This document shows, one piece after another, positions 44,801-56,800 of a DNA stretch of 64,000 bases (position 1 is the first letter of the stretch; each line of letters opens with the position of its first letter). The position numbers were made by a program, and so were the translations under genes. The notes below the pieces were generated by a model. The model ran no database searches. It was given only the letters and a program-made list of their open reading frames with translations, and had not been told where the DNA came from. The stretch spans positions 15,190,001 through 15,254,000 of the forward strand of contig NC_047062.1 in NCBI RefSeq assembly GCF_902459465.1, in the 5' to 3' direction. This stretch comes from Asterias rubens. Lineage: Eukaryota.

Positions 44801-47800
44801 CCTGATTGGGATTGGTAGGGAGACAAGGGGTGGGGTGGGGGAGGGGTTGGACAGAGAGAGAGTTGGCCAAGAGTTTGAATAAACATCGAGATTAGGTGTA
44901 ACGATATTCAAATCCAAACCAACAATCAATCGCATAAACAAAAATTACGCCAAGCACAATCTTCAGAATAAGATCGTCATTATTCATAACACAGCAGAGG
45001 AAGAAATCCAGTAAATAAAGATGACAAAACAATTACTGGGAAACTTAAACCAAGTAGGAGAAGGGTTTGAGAAATCCATCCACCAGAGCAGAGAGAGAAA
45101 TCTAGCCACCGAGAGTGAGGATCATTCTTACCCTCTCGCTAAGCATCATCATGCTTCCACCTGGAGATGAATAGGGCACCTTACCATGAATCCGATACAC
45201 ATGACCAACACGGGAACAAGGTATCCACAGAAGGGACCCCCCGCACATCCACAGCTGAGGGTCACGCAATCAACAAAGATAAAACAAAAATAACATCGCC
45301 AGTTAGGATTACACCTTGATTATAACTGTCTTACCATTTCACTTAATACTGCCATGTTCCCGTTTGGAGCCGAGTATGGCACCCTGCCGAGGATTCTATA
45401 GATATGTCCCACACGGGAGCATGGGACCCAGATGAGGGATCCACCACACATCCAGATCTGAAGGATAGGAATTTAACTAAAAATACTGACTCTGAAAAAG
45501 GAATTAGCTTTTGTAAACTGCTCACCAACCAAAAGGACCTATGGCATAAATGCAAAAAACTGTTAGTGGCCAAGTTTCGACCCGAGCAGAGTCTTTCTAA
45601 ATAGAAAGGTACATGTATATAGCAAACTAATCAAATACTGACAGTAAGAATAAAATCAAGATGACTTGAAACTGGTGTGTCTGGTAAAGTGTGTGGTGTG
45701 GATTAAATCATTTCCACAGCAATTTCTCAAATTCAAAATAATAAAGAAACAAGAATTACAACACATTGTGATAACATTCTTTTTATGTAACACACATTTA
45801 TGCACTGCACAACAGATAGGTGGCCAATGAGCAACCATCTTTTGATCTCTAGACAAGAGCGCCCAACTAAAATGATGTCATGTGCATAAGGTCTATTGTG
45901 AGCAATAGCCACATTAGTGTTTGCGCAGCTACTGCGATCCCGGCTCCACTAATTCTCCTCTAGCTGCACATATTATTATTGAACAAAAGAGGGCGCTGTT
46001 GGAAAACTTCCAGATCATCCCACCACAACACACTCAAAACTAGGATATTGTCATCATGAGTTCATAAGCCCGTCTATGAGCGCAAGCCATGGGCAAATAA
46101 CATCTTATCAGGATGGTAGGGTTACAATACCTTAAAAGAGAGTTCAAAGTTTTCCCCGCCCCAGATTTCCAGGCCATCATCGTAGGCTCCAAGCTCAAAG
46201 AAGAACTCTCTGTCCATGGCAAACAGACCGCCGGCCATTGCTGGTGATCTGGGAGTTTAACATTTGGAAATCACAACTTCAGCAAATTATTATCAGCAAT
46301 AATATAAAAACACACATCAACACAAAAAAGGTTTAAAACTTTGCATGATTGATAGCAACATGTTAGCGTTTTAGCTGAATACAGTGTCTACTTGCTTCTC
46401 ACTTTCATATTCTACAGCTAAGCCAAAACAATCCCTGTCATGGTTTATGGTTTATGGTTTATTTATTTAAAAGGTAAAGGTAAGGTAAGGATAGTTTATT
46501 TACAACCATAATCGGACTGGATTTGTTATAAAAAAAAATTAAAAGTTAGAAAAGACATCACATAAAACTAAACATAAAAATGTCATCACAGCATACTTCT
46601 GGATTGCGAAAAAATTCCAGATCGTTACCTGCACAATAGAAAACATATTATGTAAAAATGCACCAAGAATATATCTACAATTAAAAACCAGAAAGGAGAA
46701 AAAACCAGCCTTAAAATGTGATTTCAGTGTTCACAAGATTGGTGAGGTAGGCAAGGGGCTGTTTCAAAATCTGCTCATTAATCTGCTCACAGTTAAACAA
46801 GCCAAACTGGGGTACAAACAACTTCTCCGAAATTGACTGCACAGAAGTGTTTAACACACCTGTATGGCTCTGTCTCATAGCGTCTTCTCTTTCGCTCAAA
46901 CTCTGGGATGGGAAAATGTTTCCAGTACAGACTCCAGTCAAACCCTCCTCGATCTTGGTCTCCCGTTCCTTGCGGATAGACTTTGTAATTCTGGTTGTCG
47001 ATAACGTCGATGACGGGACACACAGCTGTTGTTCTGTGAAAAAAACGAAAAAAGGAAACACTGAATAAGACAAAAGTTTGAAGAATTTGAAACTTAGCAT
47101 GGTGGGAGTATAATCAGGTGAGGTTTGTGGTAGCACCATGTGTGAATCATATCTGAGTAGTGTTTGTTCTGAGAAGAATCGGTGGTTGATTCACAACTCA
47201 ACGTATGCTTCTAAAGACGATCAGGGGCCAATTTCATAGAGCTGCTTAAGTAAAAAATTTGCTTAAGCACGAAAATAGCTCGCTTATTTTACACATGTTA
47301 CTGGCCAAAATTTCATGCCATATACATTGCTTGTGACTGCTATTTAGCTGTTGTTTACTTAGCATAACAATGGAGTGGAGTCTTGGCCGGTAATCTGATT
47401 TAGTACGCAATGATTTTTTCGCTTAAGCAAAATTTTGTGCTTAAGCAGCTCTATGAAATTGGGCCCGGAGCATACTGATACAAATGTTGAGTTGTCAACC
47501 ACCTGTTCTTTTAAGAACTAACACAACCCAAAAGAGATCCACACATGGTGCTGCCGCAAGCCTCAAACAATTCCTGGACATACTCATTCAACAAAGCAAA
47601 ATTTAAAGCATGAAATATGAATGTATGTCAATTTCACACAAAAATTTGCACATTAATATTTTCAAGAAATATCAATTTCTCTCTTCTGTAGGATGCAGGG
47701 GAAAAAGTCACTGTCAAAAAACACATTGTCTTTATTATATTAAATAACATTCCTACGACAAGAGTGTGAGATTGTCAAAAGGTCAAGTGTTTAGACTGGT

Positions 47801-50800
47801 GCTTCATTAAGGTGGTGGGGCAACTGTATGTACATACTGGCCATCTAATATTCTTACATTAACACCATTTCCTACAGGGAAGTGATGTTATATTCTACAC
47901 AGACATTGACACTTGAATAGCAGGCGCTTTGTCCTTAAAAGGGAAAGTATCATTTGGTTTCTGGAACCGTTTGATTTTCATTTCAAGACATTTGATTATT
48001 TTAATCCTATATAAATAACCGTTTGATTTTTCATTTCAAGACATTTGATGATTATTTCAATCCTATATAAATATAGAACATGTGAAACTAACATGTGAAA
48101 ATTTAATGGCTTTAGATAAGTTCCTAGCTTTTTAAGTTCCTTGTATCTGTTTATTTGTCTTTTTGTTCATGTAGATCTCATGTCAAGGTCTATTTGTCCA
48201 TTCAATGTCTGAATGGTTTTTTTCCCTGTTTTTTTTTTCCATGTTCAATATTTCCTTAAATGAATATTGATGAAATTTGACAAGAGAATATAATTTGTAT
48301 TTCCTCGAACATTTATTGACTGTAGTCAGTTTCCAAAGGGTAAAGAGAATGAACCCCTGCCTCTTTAAAATCAATATCCCCATCTCCCGTCTCTGTCGAG
48401 AATGTAAGGCCAAATAAAAAAGAATTAACATGTTTTGCGTCCTGCCTTTTTGAAAAAAGGAAGGAGGGACATTTTTTTCTTCTCAAAATGGCCACCTGAC
48501 ACATTAAAAACAAAAAACTAAAAAGTATGAGATCCTTTAAATGTATCTTTTTTTTTATGAAAAAGACACATGTTCAAAATAAGACAAAAAAGGGGGGGGG
48601 AAATTGTTTTTCATTAAAAAGGGTGAAAAAAGAAGAAAAGAAAAAAGAAAAGAAAAAGGAGACCAGCTTCTAAAAAGGTAGCAGACAGGGCGGTAAACAT
48701 GTTTTTTTTCTATATTTGGCCTAAAGGATTCTAGTCGGTGATTCCTCCACGTGCTCAACCCACCCTCTTCATCAATCTCAGCCGTTGCTATATAAACACA
48801 ATCAGCTTTCCCCTTCCAGCATCTGCAGCCGTTGTTAAATGGTGCAGAAATTTACTTCTGGCATGGCTGCCCCTTAAAAACAAGGACAGGGCTATGCTGA
48901 TAAGAGAGCAGTCCAGAGGTGGACAAGTCTTTTCCCTAATGCGCAAACTGTTAATATTTGTCCTGTCATACAGGTGTGACTTTTGTTGATGACACAGTTA
49001 AAACTCTTCCCTCATGTTTTTTCTTGGATTTCAGACAAACGTGTCAAAATTTCACTAACATTGCATGCATACATGGTCCAAGTTATATGTTTACCCACCT
49101 GTACTGACTAACATGCATATTTGTGCAGTTTTTATCGCATCAGTTTTGAGAGAGTCTATTTACCACTTTTATAATGTGACTGCATAAGAAAAGTGCACTG
49201 ACACAAATTGCATGGCAGAAAACTAACAAACTTAATTTGAGGCATAATTGTTTATAACAATTATGCAGTGCATACAGGAGCTGTAAATGTTTTAGTAAAT
49301 AAATAATACATGTAGATAAAATGGTTTGATAATGGAGGCTCATGCAACAGATAACACGAAAGCATTTATACATGAACATGAATGATTCTTTGAGACTGAA
49401 TACCTCCAGAAAGAAAAGAAAGCAAAAATTCAGGAGGCTATATATGCACAGTATGTAACGCACAGCTTACAGTGTACATGTACATTGTGTGATTATTACT
49501 CAAATAATCCTAGTATTTCCTGGAAGTTACCACAAAAATCAAGTAAAATAAATACTTTTAATGGGAAAGTATTTGTTTGTTTTTACACGTTGGATTGTTT
49601 TAATCCTATATAAATTAAAACTAACATGTGTAGACTTAATTTCAAAAGGTGGTAATTGGAATACACAATCTGAGAAACGTTTCCGACAGTAGCGCTTCTC
49701 AGACTCAATTTCTTATCACATTACATCAAAGTAAGATGACTCTCAAATTGTTCTGTACTATTCGAAAGCTGTTGTACTTGTCACCAAGTAAATTCGTCTT
49801 GTGTTGCCTTTAGTTTTGACAGAGTGATTACCAAACATATACCTTCCCTTTAACTCTCTACTTGGAAATGTCTTTTTACCTATTGAGTGCTATCGGGGTG
49901 AGCAGAGGAGCCAACCAGTTAATTCCAACCTCGCAGTGTGCATCCAACCATAGCAGAACATCCCCCGTTGCGGCTTTGGCTCCATTGATGCGTGTCCGGA
50001 TCAACCCTTCACGCTTCTCATTCCGCACAATTTTCAGTTTACCACTGAACCGCGCAGACAGGGCGTAATCGTCTAGCTTCTTCTTCACATGCTCTGTCTC
50101 ATCCGAAAAAGAAAAAAAACACTCGCTCAAAATCGCTCAATTTTGTTTAAGGTCCCTAACTCCCATGTGTGTTGTATTAAACCAATCAAACTGAAGCAAA
50201 ACAAGGGAAGAGTATACCAAGAAAAGACATCACCTTTAATTGATCAAGAATCTTGTGCATAAATCTGGCCATAGTACATGTTGTAATGAAAGAACAGTCC
50301 CTGGTTTAAAAAATCTATTTATTTCAGACGGATATACAATTTTGTAAAAGTGTAGTCAGTATAATGCTAAAGTGTTCAACAGTTTCTTTGAATACAGGCT
50401 ATTTTTGTATGATTCTAGAAATTCCACCCCTTCAGATTTTTGAAGGAAACTGACCTTTAGTGCTTGCATCATCTACTAGTATGATTTCATGAAGGAGTTG
50501 TGGTGGAGATCGATTGAACACACTATGTACAGTTCTGAGTAGCGTAGACCAGCCCTCGTTGTGGAATACTATGATGACGCTGGTGGTTGGTAACTTCTCA
50601 GGATAATGCCAATACTTGCATCTGGGTTACCACAAGACAGTAAAGAAAACAGAACTTTATAATAACACCACAAAATCATTTATGTCATCATGATGGATAT
50701 CATGTCATAATAATGAGTTTGTGAATCAGGTTGGTTCATGTTTCCCCAATAAAGCAATCTAGACTATTTCAAGAAGAATATCAATTCCTACCCTCAGCTC

Positions 50801-53800
50801 CCCAGAGTTATCTTTATCTGAAATATTTTGTTCTTGTAGCCCCTCAACAAGAGTGGCTTACGGGCTTGTTTGGGGCAACCTTATTCAATGTGGAATTTGC
50901 CCATTGCACCTTTAACGTAGCACAGCTTTCCTCAGTAGTGTAAAAGTAATCTTGTAACTGCCAATTACATTTAGCTTAATATATAGATTGAGACACACTG
51001 CCTGTATAATGTTACCGCTCTTATCAAAACACTATTACACCCCTGCCTCAAGTCCACTGCATCCTTACACCTACATGTAGCAGTATCTTATTTCTTAAAG
51101 AAACTAAATTCATGCATAAACACTGCTAAGGGGTGTCAAGGAGTTTAGGCTACAATAAAATGTCTGATGTGAGAGAGAGGAAGGAGTATTAAATGCACTG
51201 GACACGTTTGGTAATTGTCAAAGACCAGTATTCTCACTTGGTGTATCCCAAAAAATATGCATAAAATAACAAACCAGTGAAAATTTGGTCTCATTTGATC
51301 ATCGAATTTGCAAGAGAATAATGAAAGAAAAACACCCTTGTTGCATTACTTTGTGTGCTTTCAGATGCATAAAAAAGGTTTCAGCTTAAGTCTTTCATTA
51401 TTTGAGTGAGAAAATGCCTCTCTCTGAAAAACCATGTTACTTCATAGGGAGCAATTTCTCACAATGTTTTATACTATCAACAGCTCCCCATTACTCGTTA
51501 CCAAGTAAGGTTTGTGCTAACAATTATGTTGAGTAATTACCAATTGTGTCCAGTGCCTTCAAAGATGAAGTTGTTTGCGTTTAGATGGTTGATTTCGAGA
51601 CCTCAAGTTCTAAACTTGAGGTCTCGAAATCAAATTCGTGAAAAATTACTTCTTTCTCCAAAACTATGGCACTTCAGAGGGAGCTGTTTCTCACAATGTT
51701 TTATACCACCAACCTCTCCAATTACTTGTCACCAAGAAAGGTTTTATGCTAATAATTATTTTGAGTAATTACCAATAGTGTCCACTGCCTTTTAAGTTTT
51801 AAAACATATAACATGTTTCTAAATACCCATAGGATCTGTACTCATGCACAATGATGAAGGGCATGAGGGAATTAATTGTGCAAGTTTTCTATTTGGTAGT
51901 AGCATGTTTTTCTTTCGCGCTTCCCTGGCGTTTTTTTAAGGACTTTGTCACCACAGGCAGAATTTACGTGTTGGGACTTCAAACAATCTTTTAATCAAAT
52001 GTCATGCATGACAATGCATGATGAACAGTGTCTGTTATTATCCAACCCTCGGCATTGATGGACGCAAACAGTGTATTTTATTTCCCACTAGATCTTTATT
52101 ACTTATGTCCTGGATTAGAAACATCTCCAAAACACAATCCTGTTTAAAGGCACTGGACACTATTGGTAATTGCTCAAAATAATTGTTAGCATTTTAAATA
52201 CCTACTTGGCAACGAGCAATGAAGAGCTCGTGATAGTATAAAACATTGTGAGAAACGACTCCCCTAGAAGGAACATAATTTTGTTTACATTAGATCTCAG
52301 GCCTTGAACCTTTTATTAGGCATCTGAAAACACACAAATTATTGTGCAACAAGGGTGTTTTTTCTATCATTATTTTCTTGCAACTTCAATGACCAATTGA
52401 GTAAAAATGTCCACAGATTTGCTATTGCATGCATGCTGAAAATAATGGTTTTTGACAATTACAAAACCCGCCAGTGCCTTTATTATTATTATTTTTTTTC
52501 TACTTTAGTGCAAATCTTGTTTTAAGAATAAAAATACTTACTGGGCATTTCTTAGATCTGGTATGTTCCGGTCCAATGATATCTTATCACTGACATATTG
52601 ATTAAAACCGTACTCCCTTATACCTCTCTCCACCGCCTCTTTCTCGCCTGCACCGGTTCTGACCGGAACCCCATTCTCGCCCGGTCCATCACGGGGAGGG
52701 GGTATGTCAGGCTCATAATTCCCAGGTATATTCTTCAAGGAAGCCCCTTGATGAGCTGGTAACTGAAAGCTGTGAGTGTCTTTGTGCATTGGTGGGCGAT
52801 CAATACCAGCTGCTTGGGAATCATGGGCCAGATCGGCAATTTTCTGTGATAAAAAAAAAATCTCATTTAAACCGTAGGATAGAGTAAGGACAGAGAAACT
52901 ATCATGTTTAAAGTTTTAACCAATCTCACATACATACATGTTCATGTACATGTATGCCATTACAAAGAACACCAGACACAAACCTGAGTAATCACCACAT
53001 CTATACTTTCCTCTCTTATCACGTTCTTCAGGGAAACTTATTCCAGTGGAGAAACCGAAAGAGATGTTTACCCCAAACACAGGTGGTGTGCCTGTGAAAA
53101 CAGACTTTCAACCAAACTATTGATACGTGTTACGTGATTTGCATTCGCAAATGTACAGGTAAGTAAGACTTTGTGGACGAATACTGAAATGTTGGATTTA
53201 AGGACACGAATCCTTAATAAAAAGCCAAATGTATTAGTGTGCATCATGCGCACACATACAGGATGGACCACCAGGCTCAAGCCGCACAGCTGTGGTGACA
53301 GCTGCAATTTATTCAATTTTTTCCCCCAGCAATTATCTCACCGTGAGCTATTGATTTGTTCATCCAGACTGGATACGGAAAACTGGCAGATACTGTACGA
53401 CATAGTTAAAAACCTGTTCGGATTCTGCTAAGCATTTTCATGCTCGACAAACAAACGTTCTTTAAATGGTAGAAGCTGGTTTTGGCCAGACACAAAAAAT
53501 CAAATAACAAAATTACAGCAGTTACAATTTTTAGAAGGCGCTTTTCCATCAGTATCATTGTCCACATAATAGAAATTAACATGGCTAGAAGTGGGTCTTA
53601 CATGTAGGCCTCACATACAAGAGCAATTTAGCAAGGATCCCCTGCTTAATTGACCCTTTCCATGAAATATGCTAATTACATTCACGCATGCGTACAGACC
53701 CTGTTGGTTGGCAAACACTATAGAGTTGTGCACTAAGCAGACGCGCAATCGTGTGTGCGTCACGCACCCATTAGCCGTGTACAAAATAGCGCGATTTTCC

Positions 53801-56800
53801 CTCATTTTGCCCACCAAAACGTTAGTGCGCATGCGCTATGTGCAATTTACATTTCATGTGAAGGGTCTATTGTAGCATGGTTGTTAAGTTTTACAAAATG
53901 TACCTGGTATGAGAATACAACAATTTTTGTACTGTCCAGGGTCAAACATTGGTATATTTTCTCAGCAGTCCAAACCAATGACAAAATCTTATGCAAGCGG
54001 AAGTTTTTACCAAGGATGTGTATCATCGTGTGAAAAGGGACCTTTCATACATTTTGAAAAAAAAATAAAAAAATTGGTACTTGGTAGGCTCAAGAAAGTT
54101 TCCTGGATCGAGTGATGGGGTAATTCTCTCAGCTCAAAGGTTGGAAAATGCCAAACCATTTGCACCTTATTTTGTAATATTTTAATTCTGTCCAATTCTT
54201 TAAAACGTAGCACAATATAGGATTAATGCCATATATTCAAAATGGGAGAAGACTCAACATGATAGAAAGTATGCTTTTGATTATTCCCATGTTTTGTAAT
54301 TGAAAATTAGGTGATTGGCAGAGGCTAGAAACTTGCTTATACTTCCGACTGTTATTTTTTTTTATATGAGTAATATGATTCCCAAATGGCCAATGTGTGC
54401 AACACCCATAGGAAAAGATACCTGAGGCAGTTTCTTTAAAGGTTTTGGGGAGTACAAGCACAATGATCTCAATTTAGTTTTTCGTTTAGCTAATGACTTG
54501 TTGCAAGTCATCCACTGTTGAACATCAGTATTGTCATGGTAACACACAGCAGCAGCTTTTTTTATGGCAACTTGCCATACACCAGGTATTCTAGAGTCAA
54601 AGGAACAATACAGCTGTGTATCATGTACCTGTACTGCAGTGACTTTAAAGGCAGTGGACACTATTGGTAATTGTTAAAGACCAGTCTTCTCACTTGGTGT
54701 ATCTCAACATTGCATAAAATAACAAACCTGTGAAAACTTGAACTCAATCGGTCATCGAAGTTGCGAGATATTAATGAAAGAAAAAACAGCCTTGTCACAC
54801 TATGGTCACATGAAGTTGTGTGCTTTCAGATGCTTGATTTCGAGACCTCAAATTCTAAATCTGAGGTATTGAAATCAAATTCGTGGAAAATTACTTCTTT
54901 CTCGAAAACTACGTCACTTCAAAGGGAGCTGTTTCTCACAATGTTTTATACTATCAACCTCTCCCCATTACTTGTAATCAAGAAAGGTTTTATGATAATA
55001 ATTATTTTGAGTAATTACCAATAGTGTCCACTGCCTTTAAGACACTGACAAATGAGAGGGTGTAACTTCAACAATTCAAGGGACCTAAAATGGACCCTTG
55101 CGGTGGTCCGTACTCAACTGGATAAGAGTAGTTATTATAATAGAAACCTGACTTTGTCTATCAGAAAGAGATGACTTGAACCAAAGAAGAACAGTAGTGA
55201 AGCAGTTTCTACATTATTGTTTAAAAAGTTAACATCAATTCAACCAATACACACATTTTGATTATGCATGCAATGCACTATGTTAACAAGACCACAGACC
55301 TTGATATAAAAGGGTTATATGGACAAATTGTAATACCAATTACACACCCAATGAGCTGAAAACCATCAGTTGGAACAAGCAGTCTAATTCAAAAGCATAA
55401 AGGAACACAATTCAACAATTTGAAAGCTATTATTTCTGTTGTCCAAAACTGTTCGGTGCCAATGACCACAAACTTCAGAAATGTTTCTGGCACACAAAAC
55501 ACTGGCCAAACAACTTGCAACCTGGTCTGGAGTTTTGAGACAGTTCACGATTTTTCCAGTAAGATTATTTTTTAAATATTGTTTCAAGGGCCATGACTGA
55601 TATTTTGCTGGCTTTAAAAGCTTAGATATCTATAATTGGATGGTCACAAAAATAGTGTCACAACATTGAAATGAAAATAATTAAATCACCTAGATAGCCT
55701 AAGGGGACGGGGAGACTAAGAAAAAAGGATGAGGGCAGGAACACTCAGAGTTTCTGTTGTTGTATCTTGACTTCTCTAACTTAAAGGTGAATGATCTACA
55801 TGTATGCCACGTAATGAACGTATGCTAAACTGTTTAAATTAAAATTAATTCCTTTTCTGTCTGTTGAATGCTGATGCAACTGATTTTGTGAGACTGAGAG
55901 AACACGTACATAATCTGGAATAATGAACGAACGAACGTGTCTGCAGTAATCCATGCTTGTCATAATTAATAGTGTAGTAACCTACTCTAGACTGATGGTC
56001 AAGATCCTAGGGTGGATTTCACAAAGAGTTAGGACTAGTCTTATCTCAAGTACTTGTCCTAACTTAGGACTAGCCATGCGTTTTTTATTCCTACATGTAG
56101 TAAGGACTAGTGTGTGAAATCGACCCCTGATGTATTAAATTGACTGCAAGTTTCACAGAGGCTATCATTTACATGAATACATCATCTTGCATGGTGTAAC
56201 CATGGAGGAAGGTGTAACTATCGCCTCAAGGGGCTTCTCTACTTACAGGACAACCCTGTCCAGAATGAGAGATCTGAACAGGAAGGAGTCCTTAAAGGCA
56301 GGGGACACTATTGGTAATTACTCAAAATAAATATTAGCATAAAACCTTACTTTGTAACGAGTAATGACGAGAGGTTGATAGTATAAAACATTGTGAGAAA
56401 TGGCTCCCTCTGAAGTGGAGTACTTTTCGAGAACGAAGTAATTTTCCATGAATTTGATTTTGAGACTTCAGTTTTAGAATTTGAGGTCTCGAAATCAAGC
56501 ATCTGAAAGCACGCAACTTTGCGCGACAACAATTGGGTGTTTTTTCTTTCATTATTATCTTGCAAATTCGCTGACCGATTGAGCTCAAATTTTCACAGGT
56601 TTGTTATTTTATGCATTATGTTGAGATACAGCAAGTGAGAAGACAGGTCTTTGACAAGTACCAATAGTGTCCAGCGTCTTTAAAGGGTTTGTGTACATTT
56701 TGTACGACACAAAACACAATGTCCACGGATTTACGTTACTTAAACAGTTTAAAGATGATGGTAGAATGCTTCCCTTAAAATATTACTTGCTGAGGTGCTG

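Noticed and set aside
44660-44941. Possible third, decayed copy of GALNT7 exon 7 ([21 protein letters not shown])
   Set aside because: The similarity needs several gaps, the DNA match is weak, and no matching splice sites were found; it is probably chance.
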